Shown piece by piece: positions 39,508 to 52,449 of a stretch of 64,000 nucleotides of DNA. Position 1 is the first letter of the stretch. The number at the start of each line of letters is the position of its first letter. The DNA is taken from NCBI GenBank assembly GCA_026023565.1, contig JAPETS010000049.1, positions 62,001 through 126,000 on the forward strand, read 5' to 3'. The notes beneath the pieces were generated by a model, which was not told the DNA's origin, searched no databases, and worked only from the letters and a program-made list of their open reading frames with translations. This stretch comes from Cirrosporium novae-zelandiae. Its lineage: Eukaryota. A program made the translations under genes and the position numbers.

Positions 39508-41380
39508 ATGAGCGCTTCTACTAAGCTTGTCCGCAATGCTGCCTTTCGAGGAAGTAGCCTTGGAGGTATAAAGCTATTGCTCCTTGAAATCTAGATGGCG
39601 TACTAATGTCTAAATAGCCAACGGACCCATGATGAGATCTTCGCTCACAGCTTCATCAGCACGGTTGGCCTACCTACGGAGACATTCCCGGGGTCTTGGC
39701 CCTCAAATCCAAGCACTCGCCATCCTCTTTCCAACCCGTGGTTATGCTACCGACACCTCTACATCTTCTGGTGGCGGAGGACCTTTCCCTCCTCCTGGAT
39801 TCAATGCGAAGGAGGCAAAAAAGCCACTCCCAAAAGAGCAAGACGCTGCGGCTCAAAAGGCATCGAAGTCCGGTGACAGCAAAGTTGGCGATGTCACAAA
39901 GGAATCAATCAATGATATCAAACAATCCATGATGCATGAGGGTCCTACAGCAGTCGATAAGACCAAGGCTCAGGAGAAATTAAGTTTATCGGAATTAGCT
40001 GCGGAAAAGGCAGCGATGGCGGAGAACGAGGAGAAGAAGATGGTGGATGGCAAGGCAGAAAAAGAAAATACTACTATCATGCAGAAAGTCAAAAAGGAGG
40101 TTCAGCATTACTGGGATGGAACCAAGCTGCTGGCAGCTGAAGTCAACATCAGCACCAAGCTTGCCCTGAAGATGGCCGCGGGTTATGAGCTCAGTCGGCG
40201 GGAAGATAGACAGGTAATCGACGATCCCCCTTCAACCAAACATTGTATCCAAAGCTAACCATACTTCCAGCTTCGTCGCACAGTTCAAGATCTTGCTCGT
40301 CTGGTCCCATTTTCTGTTTTTGTGGTCGTTCCCTTTGCTGAGCTCCTGCTACCCATTGCTCTCCGTCTTTTCCCAAATCTCCTCCCTTCCACCTACGAAG
40401 GTGCCAAATCTCGCGAAGCTAAAGCGACTACTCTCCGTGGAACTCGTAAAGAAGTGTCGGCCTTTCTCCGAACTACTATGAAAGAGTCCGGAATTCCCAT
40501 TTCCCCAACTACAGCCCAGCGGGCTGAATTTGCAGAATTCTTCAGCAAGGTTAGAGCGACGGGAGAATCACCCTCCAAGGACGACGTCATCAAAGTCTGC
40601 AAACTCTTCAAGGATGATCTTACACTTGACAACCTTTCCCGGCCCCAGCTAGTCGGAATGTGTCGGTTCCTAAATCTCAATGCCTTTGGCACAGATACTA
40701 TGCTCCGATATCACCTTCGCCACCGTATGCGACAGATCAAGCGCGATGACCGCGCTATCGCTTATGAAGGAGTCGGGACACTCTCCATCCCTGAATTGCA
40801 AGCGGCCTGCCAAAGTCGTGGCCTCCGTACCCACGGCATGTCACCTGGACATCTCCGTGACGATTTGCAATTATGGTTGGACCTCCGTTTAAAATATGGT
40901 GTCCCATCCACTCTCCTCGTTCTTTCTAATGCATACATGTACACCACCGGAGCCCAAGAAGCCGAATTTAATTCTCAGATTGAAGCCCTCCAAGCTGTTC
41001 TCTCTTCGATCCCCGAAGAACTTTTCCATGAAATTGAACTCGAGGTACACAACGCTGAAGGCGCTGCTACAAATAAGCAACGTCTAGAAGTATTGCGCGA
41101 ACAACAAGAGTTGATCGAAGAGGAGAATGAACAGGATGAGGAACGCGAAGGCCAAAAAGCCCAGAAGGTCAGAGACGTAGAGGATATTGATGAGAAGGAG
41201 GATACAGTTAAGACAGTGGAAGCAAAGCCAAAGGATCAAAAGCAAGTCAATGAAGCGATGGAGGCTGCGGCCGAAGGACCAAATGTTCCTAGAAGACAGG
41301 AAGCCAAGGATGTGGAGACGAAGAATGCCCCTGAAGAGAAGGCCAAACCCGAAAGCAATGAAAAGCCGAAGAGCGAATAG
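39508..41380 (+). CDS. MDM38: mitochondrial LETM1/Mdm38 family protein
   Basis: Presequence-like N-terminus; HYWDGTKLL, RLVPFSVFVVVPFAELLLP, LTLDNLSRPQLV, ELQAACQSRG; introns near 39566-39617 and 40214-40270. Confidence 0.93.
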
Positions 41381-42504
41381 TGGGGTGAAATATCGATCAT
41401 CCATTATTGACATCCGAACGCCAAATCTCCACTCTTTCATGACTATGATATGATACCCTTGATCAACCGAATAAATTCATGTGAAGAGAAAAACGTATCA
41501 GAAATCCATTGATCTGGGGCCTAAGCTGTATACTCCTTGTTACATATATACGGCGACCCCTCTGTATATCATCTTTACTATTCTCTAAACGAAAGCTGTT
41601 ATGAATAGACCTTGCTGGTCGGAAGGCGAACTGGAAAGGGAAGTGAAAGTGGATGGGATTAGGATAGGATAAAGGTCCTGGAGGATGAGGTGGTTAAACT
41701 CACTCCCCTTTGGGCAATGGTTGCAATTGAGATTTTAGATTAGGTATATTTTTGATTGATTTTGGTTAATTGTTCCCACTGGCACATTGATGCAGATGGG
41801 AGGGAATAATCAAATGCTAGTTATACTAGCTATTATATCATCTGCTCATTTGCTTGCGACTGTATCTTGGTTGATGTCTACTGTCTGCCGAGGTAATCTA
41901 GTAACAAAATATGCGATATGCACTTGATGTTGCAAGTGCATATGGATATTTATCTATCCCTCCCTACCATCTCGACTTTCTTCACAATATCGATGAATGC
42001 TTCATCATCTACCATATATCCATATCCCAGCTACTTACTTCGATCATATATTTATTCCCCATTCCGCCCATTTCCATTAATTCATTGAGGTTTGTTTCCT
42101 CGCCAAAAAACAGTTTAAGCACCTAGGTACCTAGTCTAACTAACTAACGCGAATCAATAACCCTGATTCAACAAATGCAACATTGAATGAAAGGAAAGAA
42201 TTTTTCTTTTACTTGTTCCTGGCTTCTTCCTCTGGGTAATGAAGAAATAAAAAAAACAATTTAGTTTCATAGAAAACCCTAACCCGACTCGACTCGCGTA
42301 AATTACCCTAATCAAAATCCAACCCTAAATAATACCACCCACTACCCACTACCCACCACAGTAACAAACATACGACAAATCCCCCCCTTTCCCTTTCCCT
42401 TTCCAGTCCAATCCACTCCACTCCACTCCCCATCTATCCATCTCACCACTTCATAACCCCCATTCCGTCCCCCCACCTTCAACAAACAAACGAATAACAC
42501 AACA

Positions 42505-42632
42505 GGGCATGTGGTTTAGTGGTATAATGTTCCCTTAGCACCCACCCCCCCTTTAGCTTACTTACATTGGCTTGGGGATTGGGATTCCGGCTTGCTTGGG
42601 AGAGGTCCGGCGTTCGATTCGCCGCTTGTCCA
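42505..42632 (+). tRNA. tRNA-Ala (anticodon AGC) with 56-nt intron (42541-42596)
   Basis: Acceptor stem GGGCATG/CTTGTCC-A with the G3:U70 Ala identity pair, A-box TGGTTTAGTGG, anticodon loop TT-AGC-A, intron at position 37/38, B-box GTTCGATTC, followed by a poly-T Pol III terminator. Confidence 0.95.
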
Positions 42633-45465
42633 TTTTTTTTTTTTTTTCTTATATATTTTTGTATATTTGTTTGTTTGTGTGTGGGGGGGGGGGGGTATTT
42701 ACTTGGATCTTGGGCAGTAGCTTTTTTTTTGTTTTGGAGGGGAGAGAGAGGGGGAGGGGGGGGGCTGTTGTGGTTTTGGTTGTAGGTGTAGATGTGTGTG
42801 TAGTGGTGGTTGGATAGATGGATGGATGGATTTATCACTTGTTGGAGAATTCACACATACACACGAACATATACAGACATACAGACATATATTCCCTACT
42901 ACTACTACTATACTATGCTAATCACTGTGGATATATCGCCCACTCACTGTATATCCAAATACCAGATTTCAACATGCCTTTTCTATCCTACGCTATCCTA
43001 TTTCATCCTATTTCATCCTATTTCATTTGATTCCCTTGCCTTTAATCCACACACACATACACCAAAAAAAAAAAAAAAAAAAAAGAAAAAGTCAGGAGGG
43101 AAAAGGAAAAGAAGAAGGGAGGTGGGGGTATTAGACTAACCATTTCGATTTTTAATTTTGATTTTCGGTTTTTGATTTTTGACAGTGAAATGAAAATGAA
43201 ATAGTTTTATGGATGACTGACTGACTGACTGACTAACGTTAAAGGTTAGGTCAAGCAACGTGGTGTGTTTGTATGGCTGTGTAGTATAGTGTACAGTAAA
43301 AAATACCCTATCTAATGTAATGTAATGGGTATGGGTATGGATGAAGGTGTGGGTAACAGTGTGGCTGTATATGAATATATATAGGAATAGGAATAGGGAT
43401 AGAGTGATAGAGGGGGGAGCAATGGGATAATGAATGGGGGGGTATGGTAGGATGGTAGTGTATTGAGAAATAGATTGATTGAGATTGAGATTGGGATGTA
43501 TGAGTGATGACTTGCTTAGGTGCGTAAGGTGGGTGTATGTGTGGGTGTATGTGTCTGTTATAGTTGGGTATTGTAGATGTGAATGTAAAAGTAAAAATAA
43601 AAATAAAATCGAATGTACGCACGCTGAGCCGAGTTGAGCCGAGTTGAGTTGATTGATGAGTATCGAGTAGTCAGCTGTTCTTTTCCTTTAATGTATAATA
43701 TGTACTGTACATGTATAATGGGCCAGTCAGCGAAGGAAAGGAAAAGGAAAGGAGAAAGAGAAGGGAATATACTAAACCCCTCCCCCTCTCAATTTGGTCG
43801 GCTATATGACCTAAGAGGAACCAGTTGAATAATTATATAGGTACCTAGGTATATATTTATATAAAATTAAGAGTTTAATGGAAGGTGAAAGGGAGGGTGC
43901 ACTTATGTTGTGTTGTGTTGTGTTGAGCTATGTTATGTTATCAAAAATCAAAAGGGTGACTAGACTAGGTAACGGTAACTAAATAACTAGTATTGCATAT
44001 TTATATCCATATGTAGTATATTATATGAAGTATACGTGGTGTAGTTTATGGTGTATAGTGTATATAGTGCATGTAGTGCGTGTAGTAACTCAACAGCCTG
44101 CACCACTTCATTTCATTTTATTTTATTCCCCCCCCCCCCCCCTTTTTTTTTTTGTCTGAAGCAACTATATAGGGAATGGCGGATGGTAAATAGGATTGTA
44201 GGTGTCTGGGATGGGCAGGTGGGTAAGGGGGTGGATAAGTAGCTAAGTAAGGATGTGGCTTCTAGTTAGAATAGGATGTTGGATGTAGAATGTAGAATAA
44301 TATATCCCCATTCTAGCTAGCTAAATATATCACAAAAAACCTGAGTACCATACCATACTATACCATATACCCCCCTCCTTCTCTCTCTCCTTCTCTCCCT
44401 CCTTCCTCCATTCTCCTATCCTACCTTATCCATTATCTTCCAATTTCAATGCCCCAAACCTTCCTTTCCCCAAAGATATTTAATATCCAATATCCAATAT
44501 CCAATATAAAAAAGAAAATCGGATACAGGAAGCCAAAGAAAATAAAGGGAGATGAAAAAGATTTGGGGGTGAATAGGGTGAATAGAATAGGTGGCTATCC
44601 TGGGATTTGGGTTTAGGATTGGGGGGGGGGGGGGATTGAATGGATGGATTTATAGATTTATAGATGGGAGGTTAGGAGGCTGGGAGGTAAAAGGGAGAGG
44701 GTTTAATGTATAGATAAGTAGAGAGGAGGAGGAAGTGAAATAGGCAGGTAGGAGAGAGAATGCTCAGTCACAATCCTCAATTGCAACCTCAGCCCTAATC
44801 TCGACCTCAATTCCCCTCCCTCCTTTAATCACAATCACAATCACAATCACAGCCCTCAATCAAAACCATTCCCACACGTGCTAATCCTTTTAACCCTTAT
44901 TATCACACACAACATAAAAATAAAAAATATACATTATCGATTGTGGTTTATAGTAAGACTGTAGGAAGGACATTGACTGGTGAAATGAAATGAATGATGC
45001 AGGAAAGTAGAGTAATTAGAGGCAAAAAACAGGCAGGCAGACAGACAGGTAAATAGGCCTCAACCAACGGGTTACATACAGTATTCAAAAAACACCACCA
45101 CTATACCGTACTATAAAAAAAACCGAAGCATCATTCTATTTATAACCACACCACCCCCTTTTCTAGCTCTTACCTCTAGATTATACTATATCTATATCTA
45201 TATCTATATCCCTAACTCAAACATTTGAAAGAAAACCCACTCGCTCCCCTCTGATATTTTATCCCCTTTATGCCCCTAACCTACCTATCACTCCACTGAC
45301 TGACTTCAAGCTTCAAATATTACACCACAAAAATCCCCACTCGCTCTCTATCCTTGTTCTTATAATCTGTATTTATACTGTATAGTCTCAAATAGAATAG
45401 ACTTTTTTTTTTTGGGGGGGGGGGGGGGTTACTCATTGGTCTGGTCTGGTCTGGTCTGGTAATCG

Positions 45466-45548
45466 GTCTGCCCCTTAATCGACTGACTAAAACCGACAAA
45501 GACCGTCTTATTTGATTTTAGTCTGGTCTGATCTATTCACAAATGCTA
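45466..45548. mobile_element. partial degenerate copy of the MITE at 62892-62990
   Basis: Shares cccctt(a/g)atc, agaccgtct(t)atttg and a terminal tattcacaaatgcta resembling the MITE right TIR. Confidence 0.45.
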
Positions 45549-48289
45549 TAGTCCTGTGGATATCTTGTAATTGAGGGGGTGTGGGCTTAGTAGATAGGGG
45601 ATAGGTAGGAGAGTATTAGTGTTAATGTTAGGGCTTGATTGATAGAGGGAGAGAGAGAGAGAGCCTGAGGGGGAGGGCATTGGTATAAATATAATATATA
45701 TAGTCTAGCCGGATTAATCTAATCTGATCTGGTTCTGGTTCAGGTTTTATTCCCCTTCACTGAAGAAGTCTTGAATGTAAGAAATATATGCATATACATA
45801 CATATAAAGTAGGGCCTATACACCTTAACTATATGGGATAATAGCTACGTAGTAATTTTCTAACTTACGCGCTACAGTAGACTATATACTAAATAAAAAC
45901 CCTTTTAGTATTCGTCCCCTCGCTCGTCCTTTGGACCTTTGCAAAGAATAAATAAATAAATGAATTTTTTCGGTCGTAATAGTAGCAGTAATAGTCTATT
46001 GTATACTTGTATATCCATACAGTACTCTAACCAGCTTGTCAGCTCATTTTGTCGTAAACATAAGATATATATGGAAAACGAAAATGAAAGACTAGGGAGC
46101 AATTCTAAGGAGCAAAAAAAGCCGACTTAAAGAACCAAGCAAACGAACTAATTAGTTTGCCCTGACATAACATGATAGGCTGAGTAGGTAGGTAGGTAGG
46201 CCCTTACTATAGGGTATTTGCAACACAAGCTTGTATACATATTCTAGTTTTCTTCTCACCTGTAGCTTATATCCTCGACTAAGAGTGTAGTTGTAGTCTT
46301 GGGAAAGGGGGGGGGGGTTGTTTTTGTGATTATAGAATATTGTTCTGGAATCTGGAGAAAATGAGGTGGGGATTTATAAAGGGATTGGATTGTTTAGATA
46401 GGGTGGCTGTGAGGGTTTACTAAGGTTCGTGTGTGTGTGTGGGGGCTGAGCATTTAACTAGCTTGCATTGAATAATCGCTTCTGAATCTGTAAATAATCA
46501 ACGAAGCCTGGGAACTTCTCTTCGAATTCCTTGTCAGGGCAGTATTGGATAACTATCCAGCTATTGGTTTATATGTTATTTATAATTGGTAAACTGCGGC
46601 CTAGGCAGTAGGTATCTATTCTCTTAACGAACTCTATTTGTTATTAAACTAGGTCCATTTCATGCAGGGGTCCAATGCAATGGTAACTCAATAGATTGGT
46701 GATCTACCAGTGAGACCGTTGTATTTCTCTATCTCGCCCCAAGCGTTGTTTAGGAATAAGAGATATGGTGATTATAAAGGGAGCGCCTAGTTCAATTGGA
46801 AGATTCCGTGAGTATTCGACTATTACTAGCATAGTAGCAACGACAGCGTGTATATTCAAGTCTAGGAGGTCGTAGGAGCCTATGGTAAAGGGTTATCGGC
46901 CTTATTTTAGCAACAAGAGGATGTCATGAAGAGGGATGAGAGAAGGTCGCTCTCCGGTCAGAGAGTTGAGTGAAAATGGTGGAATTGATAACGCTGGAAC
47001 CGGATGGGACACCGATCTGGACTTGGGTAGTTACCATTACTCCGAGATACAAAGTACTTATTCTTGAAAAGGGGCTGGCCAAGTCGAGACCGAGGAAGAA
47101 AGCAACCAAAGTGAGAGCAGCGAAAGGCATGATTTTGGATTTAAGGAGAGCTGTCGAGAATATTTCTCAGCTGTTCCAAAAGCTAGGGAGACCCCGCTAA
47201 GAGTAGGGTGCCATAGGGTTCGAACGCTATGACGATCACTTCCTTTGGTTCCCTTAAATCAGGCTGTGTGGCTCAAGTGGCTGAAGATAGGACGCACTGA
47301 TACGGCCATGAGAAACGAAGTGGTTACAGAGGAGAAGAAATTTCTTCACCGAAGACACCCTGGAGGGTGCAAGCTACGTACGGGAAAGATGGGACGCCAG
47401 ACGACATGTTATCCACGGCACAAAACCTAATATGGAATGGTCCATCAACCTTCTTGTCCTAGAGGCAGTAAGAGGTATGACGGCCTAGAATGAACGTTAG
47501 AAGAAGAGTGGAGTTGAATTTTCATTCTCTCCAAGAGGAAAGGAGATGCGGCATTGGGCTCTTACGGCTCCCCAAAGAAGGCGCTCGAATGTTAACTCCT
47601 TTTTCTACCCTGTAGATTACTATCAGTGTTATAGTTTGCTGGACTGTTTGCTGGGCGAACTTGGATTAGACTATGTGTTACGGGGGGAAAGGGCAAACGA
47701 GTTACGGAAGCAACGAACCTATGTACTGTAGAAGTAATACAATAGGCCCAGACGGCACACCGAAATAAAAATGGATCAAATGTTTCACCAAGAAATCATA
47801 GCATTATGAAACTTGATGGTTCTTGTTTATTAACCGCGGTTCCGATAAAGGAAAGCCGCCCCGATCATAATCATGCATATTCTTCTGCGGTTATGATGTC
47901 AGCATTAATCTGTTGACGTACCAAGAGCAGTTTTCCGAATTTCAAAGCCTAAAATCATTCAATGGCTACAACCCAAGCGTCTAGATGTATGCAGATGTCA
48001 TCCCGACTTTGCCACTCGGAATCCGCTATGTGGACCGACATTGGGGTTACGCAACATAATCCAGAGGGTGATAGCGCTTGCTAATTTCTGTTGATAAGAA
48101 TGGCCTAGAACTGGCACCTGGCGCTTTGTGATAAAAAATCGTCAATATTCCAATCAAGGAGTGGAAACTGGCTTCTGCTTTACCCCGCCAACTTGCTCCC
48201 TCTGGGAAATATCACATCCTGAAAATTCGAGGTCGGTCAGCTCATCTCTTTGTCTCGAACGCACTTGATTATCAAGTGCATAAGTCCTA

Positions 48290-49166
48290 ATGAATTCCCC
48301 CATTCCACAAAATCCGAACGGGTCAGCTAGGCCATGTGAAAACCGGCGAAGGCGTACACGACTCGGACCAAGGTTTTGGCACCGTCCAAACTGCGACGTA
48401 GTGGTGGCAATCGATGGCAGAGAAAGACATTCTTGCTCTTCTGCTATCAGCGACTCGTCACTCTCTCATGATACACCCCTCAACCGGTTCTTCTTATCGT
48501 ATCCATCATTCAGATATAACCGCTCTTTACCGCCGTCTGAATCCTTCAATAGCTTGCGACGCTATAAGCACTGGGGACGTGATGATCCTAAGGGCGAAGA
48601 AGCATGGAATCAATATCAGAACGCGTTGAAAAACGAGTTCCAACTTTGGTATGGTGCTGAGGATGACCTGGGCGGCTGGCATGCTCTGTGTCGAGCCATC
48701 AGGATCAAGCCATTGCCTACAACATGCGAGGATTGCGAGAAGGTAAAATCATCCAGAATACGCGTAAGTTGTACAAGATTAAAGTAACACTGAAACACTT
48801 TAGGCTGTGAGACATAGGCATGTAAACCTAATCGACTTGATTGAATGGGGCCGGAAGGGTGGGGAAAGCGGTGGTAAAGAAGTACGAGTCTTCGGTAATA
48901 TTGCGGAGCTTAGCGAATATAGTAAAAGGACTCACAAGATTTTCCAAAACACCCTCAACGAGGATAAGGATGACGGAGGGGTCATCCTCAGACATTTACT
49001 TGGACGTCTTTTCAACAAAAGGCCAAAGGGGGATCGCATATATAAAGGTGCATCACAAAGGATTACAGCATTAAGCGACTACACCTTTGAACATGCGACC
49101 TTTGGGGCCATTATTGGCTCAAGTTTTGGCAGTCGAATCGGCATGTGTTCGCTGGGTTTGGGGTAA
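48290..49166 (+). CDS. conserved fungal/basidiomycete-type hypothetical protein, 2 exons (intron about 48742-48803)
   Basis: FFLSYPSFRYN..PPSESFNSL, EFQLWYGAEDDLGGWHALCRAIRI.PLP.TC..C and HVNLIDLIEW match a recurrent small fungal family of unknown function. Start and end uncertain. Confidence 0.7.
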
Positions 49167-49946
49167 TCTTGGGTATCTTGTCCACCCGCGAGCCCTCAGG
49201 CCTCACAAAAAGTTAGAATAGTCTACTTCATGAAGGGACAATTTAGGGTAGATTGTTGTTTATTTTATTTAACGTGCGCACAGACTAACGACTTTACCAC
49301 ATGACTTGCTGTGCCCTGAGGTCTGCCCTGAGGGAGATGTGGTTTTTAGCCGGAATAGTCTATATCATATTCCGGAATACTCCTCTATATCCTTATACGA
49401 AATAATAGAAGCACTAATCATAACAAAATCGTGTGTAGAATGAACTCGATTCGATTGGGAAACCAAGTTTGGATGTCTAGGGACTAGGAATTCAAGGGCT
49501 TTAGAATGTTTAGTGTGAGCCTCAGCGTTTGCCCTTCTTTACGCCACTTGTATTTCATAACGTCTACTTTAGCTGCTTTAACATGTACACAATGTTTAGG
49601 GAGCAGATTAATAGAGGCCGGCTTGTATTGTGTCTTGAATTGAGTAGAGTCATTTTCTATTCTATGGTAATTTGTATCAAGGCGAAGAATATTCTAGTCT
49701 AGCATCTTGGCACTCCTTGGCACATGTTGTTCGTATAACGTAACATCGTAGAGGAAAGGGGAATTGTCCCATGGAGACCATAGATGAATAATATATCTCG
49801 AATTTAAATCGTATATTCCCTCTAGAGAGTGACATAAATCGGTTTTAAGTTAGAATCAGAATGAACAGGCAGTACGAAATCAGTTTCGGCGACTAATGTC
49901 AGCCCCGCACCCCAGTACGTCCAGGCCCGACAGCTATTTAATAATC

Positions 49947-51503
49947 TCAACCAGATTTTTCGGTTTCCGAAGCCCAGGAGAATAGCTTATCCTTCCCCAG
50001 GTTCTCAATTTGAGTACGTTTCAATGTAATCTGTACCTCCCATGGAACCTTTCCAGACCTCGCGCCCAAATTCTCAGGGGTACGCTCGGGCTTGATGATA
50101 CACTCCCCTTCCACCATGCCGGGCGAGGTGTCAAAATTTTCGATTCTACCCAAGTGTGGACCAAAGTCCGACTGGTAAACTTTGATGTGACGCCAGTTGC
50201 TTGCTACGCTGTCGGAGTAGGCGGTGAGAATGGTGCCCCAATCCTTGCAGTCCAAAATCCAAGAGATGGCACTGCGGATATGAGCATCGTCCGTGACCGC
50301 TAGTTTTGATCGGATTTGGAAGGCGAGATCCGTCAGGACAAGCAGGTCTCCGTTGTCGATCCCGTTTGTTTTTGCTTCGGGTATATTCCCGTTAGAGTTC
50401 CCAGCGCATAGAGCTTCCAAGTTGTAGGAAGCCCTGGCCGATACCACTGCATTGCCCAAGTAGGCTTTTGATAGGGACGGGTGGAGTCGCTGGCGAGCGT
50501 TTACTGCCATTATCAGAGTGGTATTTGGGGACGGTTGTTTGGAAGTCGACCGTCCCTCTGGGAAACGAGCGCGATTCATACACAGCCATAACAATGCGAC
50601 GAGGACGTCATTGCTGGAAACAAACCACTGGTTGGTGGCTCCATTCACTGACTGAGACATGTTGTTATGGCCATTGGTATGGCTCTGGCGCTTGATAATC
50701 TGTGGCAGAAGGGCGTTGCAGGTATCTTTGAGCCATTGAATCTTCTTGGAGGGAAAAATGAAATCACGACTGGTCAGGATCTGAGCAGCCGAGGCGAAGA
50801 ATTCCGCAACCTGCTTCTGTGATAGGGTGCTAAGAATTTCCATGGGGCAATATTCCTCTTTGTGATCTCTCCGCTCATATGGCGCCGCGATGGCCTCAAA
50901 GATCCTCTTCCTTGAATCTGCTTCATCCTCAGGTGTTGTTGGCACGGATACTGGTTCTCCTAATCGAGCGCGGCAGAATCCTGCGAGAGTTTCTATAACA
51001 GTGCCAGTGCCAGTGGCGTCCATCGCTATATGGTTCGTGCAGATGCAGAGGATTACCCCGTCCGCCATGACATTAGCCTGTACGCGGAAGATGGGTTGAG
51101 CCCCCGACACAACATGCATGAAAGACAGTGGCGAAAAAGATGCATCGAAGTTTGCCACCTGCAGCTTCCCCGGTGTCGATGCGGACTCCCCGTATGAGTT
51201 GTGCGGCAAAATACAATGAAGATGATATTTGACCTGAAATATAGGAATTTCTTTCAGCGAAGTAGTTGTGGGAGGCTGGATCTCGAACACTCTCTGCTTC
51301 CCTGCCAGCCTATTTGATGGCATCAGATCCCCCGCCAAAAATGGAAGAGCAGAGACCAAGCATTTCATGCCAGTCTGAAGTGCTGGAAGGCTGTTCTCCG
51401 GGTCTTTCAGCCGAAATGATAGGAAATATGACAAATAGCACTGTGGAATTGTATGATCCAGTGGTGTGAGGAGGTAAGGCTCGAATGAAATTGCAGTAGT
51501 CAT
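49947..51503 (-). CDS. O-acetyltransferase, Tri101/BAHD-like transferase family
   Basis: Single-exon 518 aa; LTPLDH N-terminus, catalytic HxxxD (NHIAMDATG), YLGNA and DFGxxLG (SDFGPHLG). Confidence 0.9.
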   Translation of the reverse strand: MTTAISFEPYLLTPLDHTIPQCYLSYFLSFRLKDPENSLPALQTGMKCLVSALPFLAGDLMPSNRLAGKQRVFEIQPPTTTSLKEIPIFQVKYHLHCILPHNSYGESASTPGKLQVANFDASFSPLSFMHVVSGAQPIFRVQANVMADGVILCICTNHIAMDATGTGTVIETLAGFCRARLGEPVSVPTTPEDEADSRKRIFEAIAAPYERRDHKEEYCPMEILSTLSQKQVAEFFASAAQILTSRDFIFPSKKIQWLKDTCNALLPQIIKRQSHTNGHNNMSQSVNGATNQWFVSSNDVLVALLWLCMNRARFPEGRSTSKQPSPNTTLIMAVNARQRLHPSLSKAYLGNAVVSARASYNLEALCAGNSNGNIPEAKTNGIDNGDLLVLTDLAFQIRSKLAVTDDAHIRSAISWILDCKDWGTILTAYSDSVASNWRHIKVYQSDFGPHLGRIENFDTSPGMVEGECIIKPERTPENLGARSGKVPWEVQITLKRTQIENLGKDKLFSWASETEKSG

Positions 51504-52449
51504 GTTGTCTTGAAAAGAAGTCAGCTTGATAGCTGAGTTGGTCCGTGGGATTCGATATGCGACTGCTGAACAAATGAATATTGATGATATATTGATGCGT
51601 TTGGGGAACGTAGATTTCGTCTCGAGTTAGACACCCGCTCAGATATATGTTTAGACGTGCGGAGGAAATCATTCTTGGAGACGCGTTTTCGTGTAACCGG
51701 TCCATGCCCATTGATGTCTCATTTCCATAGCTTATGACGACTCTGTTGTCGTAATAGACAAGAGGGGCCTTTAAGTGATGTGTCCCTAGAGCAAGTCTGC
51801 CCTTTATTAGTGATGATTTACACCATCTCACAAAGCCCTCCTAAATTTGGGAGTAAATTGGTGATGGGAAGGCGGCCCATACTATGTGTACCCCTAGCTA
51901 TATTATCGGATTGAATGAATGGGGGTCATAATGGGATCATAATGTACAAGGATGTGTGAAGAAGATTAGTTACGGTAGCTAGGCAGTAGGCTTATAGACT
52001 AGAAGACCACATATAACTTGCTGGGGATGATTACTAACTCTCGTCCGTTGCTTATTGCTCGTTTACTTGCTCTTAACTTCTACACCATATCTTTTACGCT
52101 TCTTAAGATTCGCTGGCATATTTTATCTCTTATTACAAAGAATTCCTTTTTTGAGGTTGGACGCCATTTGGTTAGCAAGATTGAAGCTTACTGCTCCTGC
52201 TTTTCCAAGGATGACCTTTCCGGTCTTAGGGCTGTAGGAATGAATACAACTATATCGACATATAAACTACCCAAAGATCTTGCTAAGATGCATGAAAACT
52301 CGTCAATATTTGAAACATGTTCCATTCCAGCCAGCCTATAGATAGACAAGAACAATTCGGCACACTTTTGTGATTGTACACGTACATGTACCGTATAGTA
52401 TAACCTTTTTGTCGCCAATTCTATAGTTTCTTGAAGCCGGATTCGGATA

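Noticed and set aside
42274..42330. Telomere-like CCCTAA motifs
   Set aside because: Isolated single units, not a tandem array.
42510..42626. U6:U67 mismatch in the tRNA acceptor stem as a sign of a pseudo-tRNA
   Set aside because: The same mismatch occurs in functional yeast tRNA-Ala(AGC), and the other elements are intact.
42479..44242. Several short ORFs overlapping or following the tRNA
   Set aside because: Translations of microsatellites and homopolymers with no coding features.
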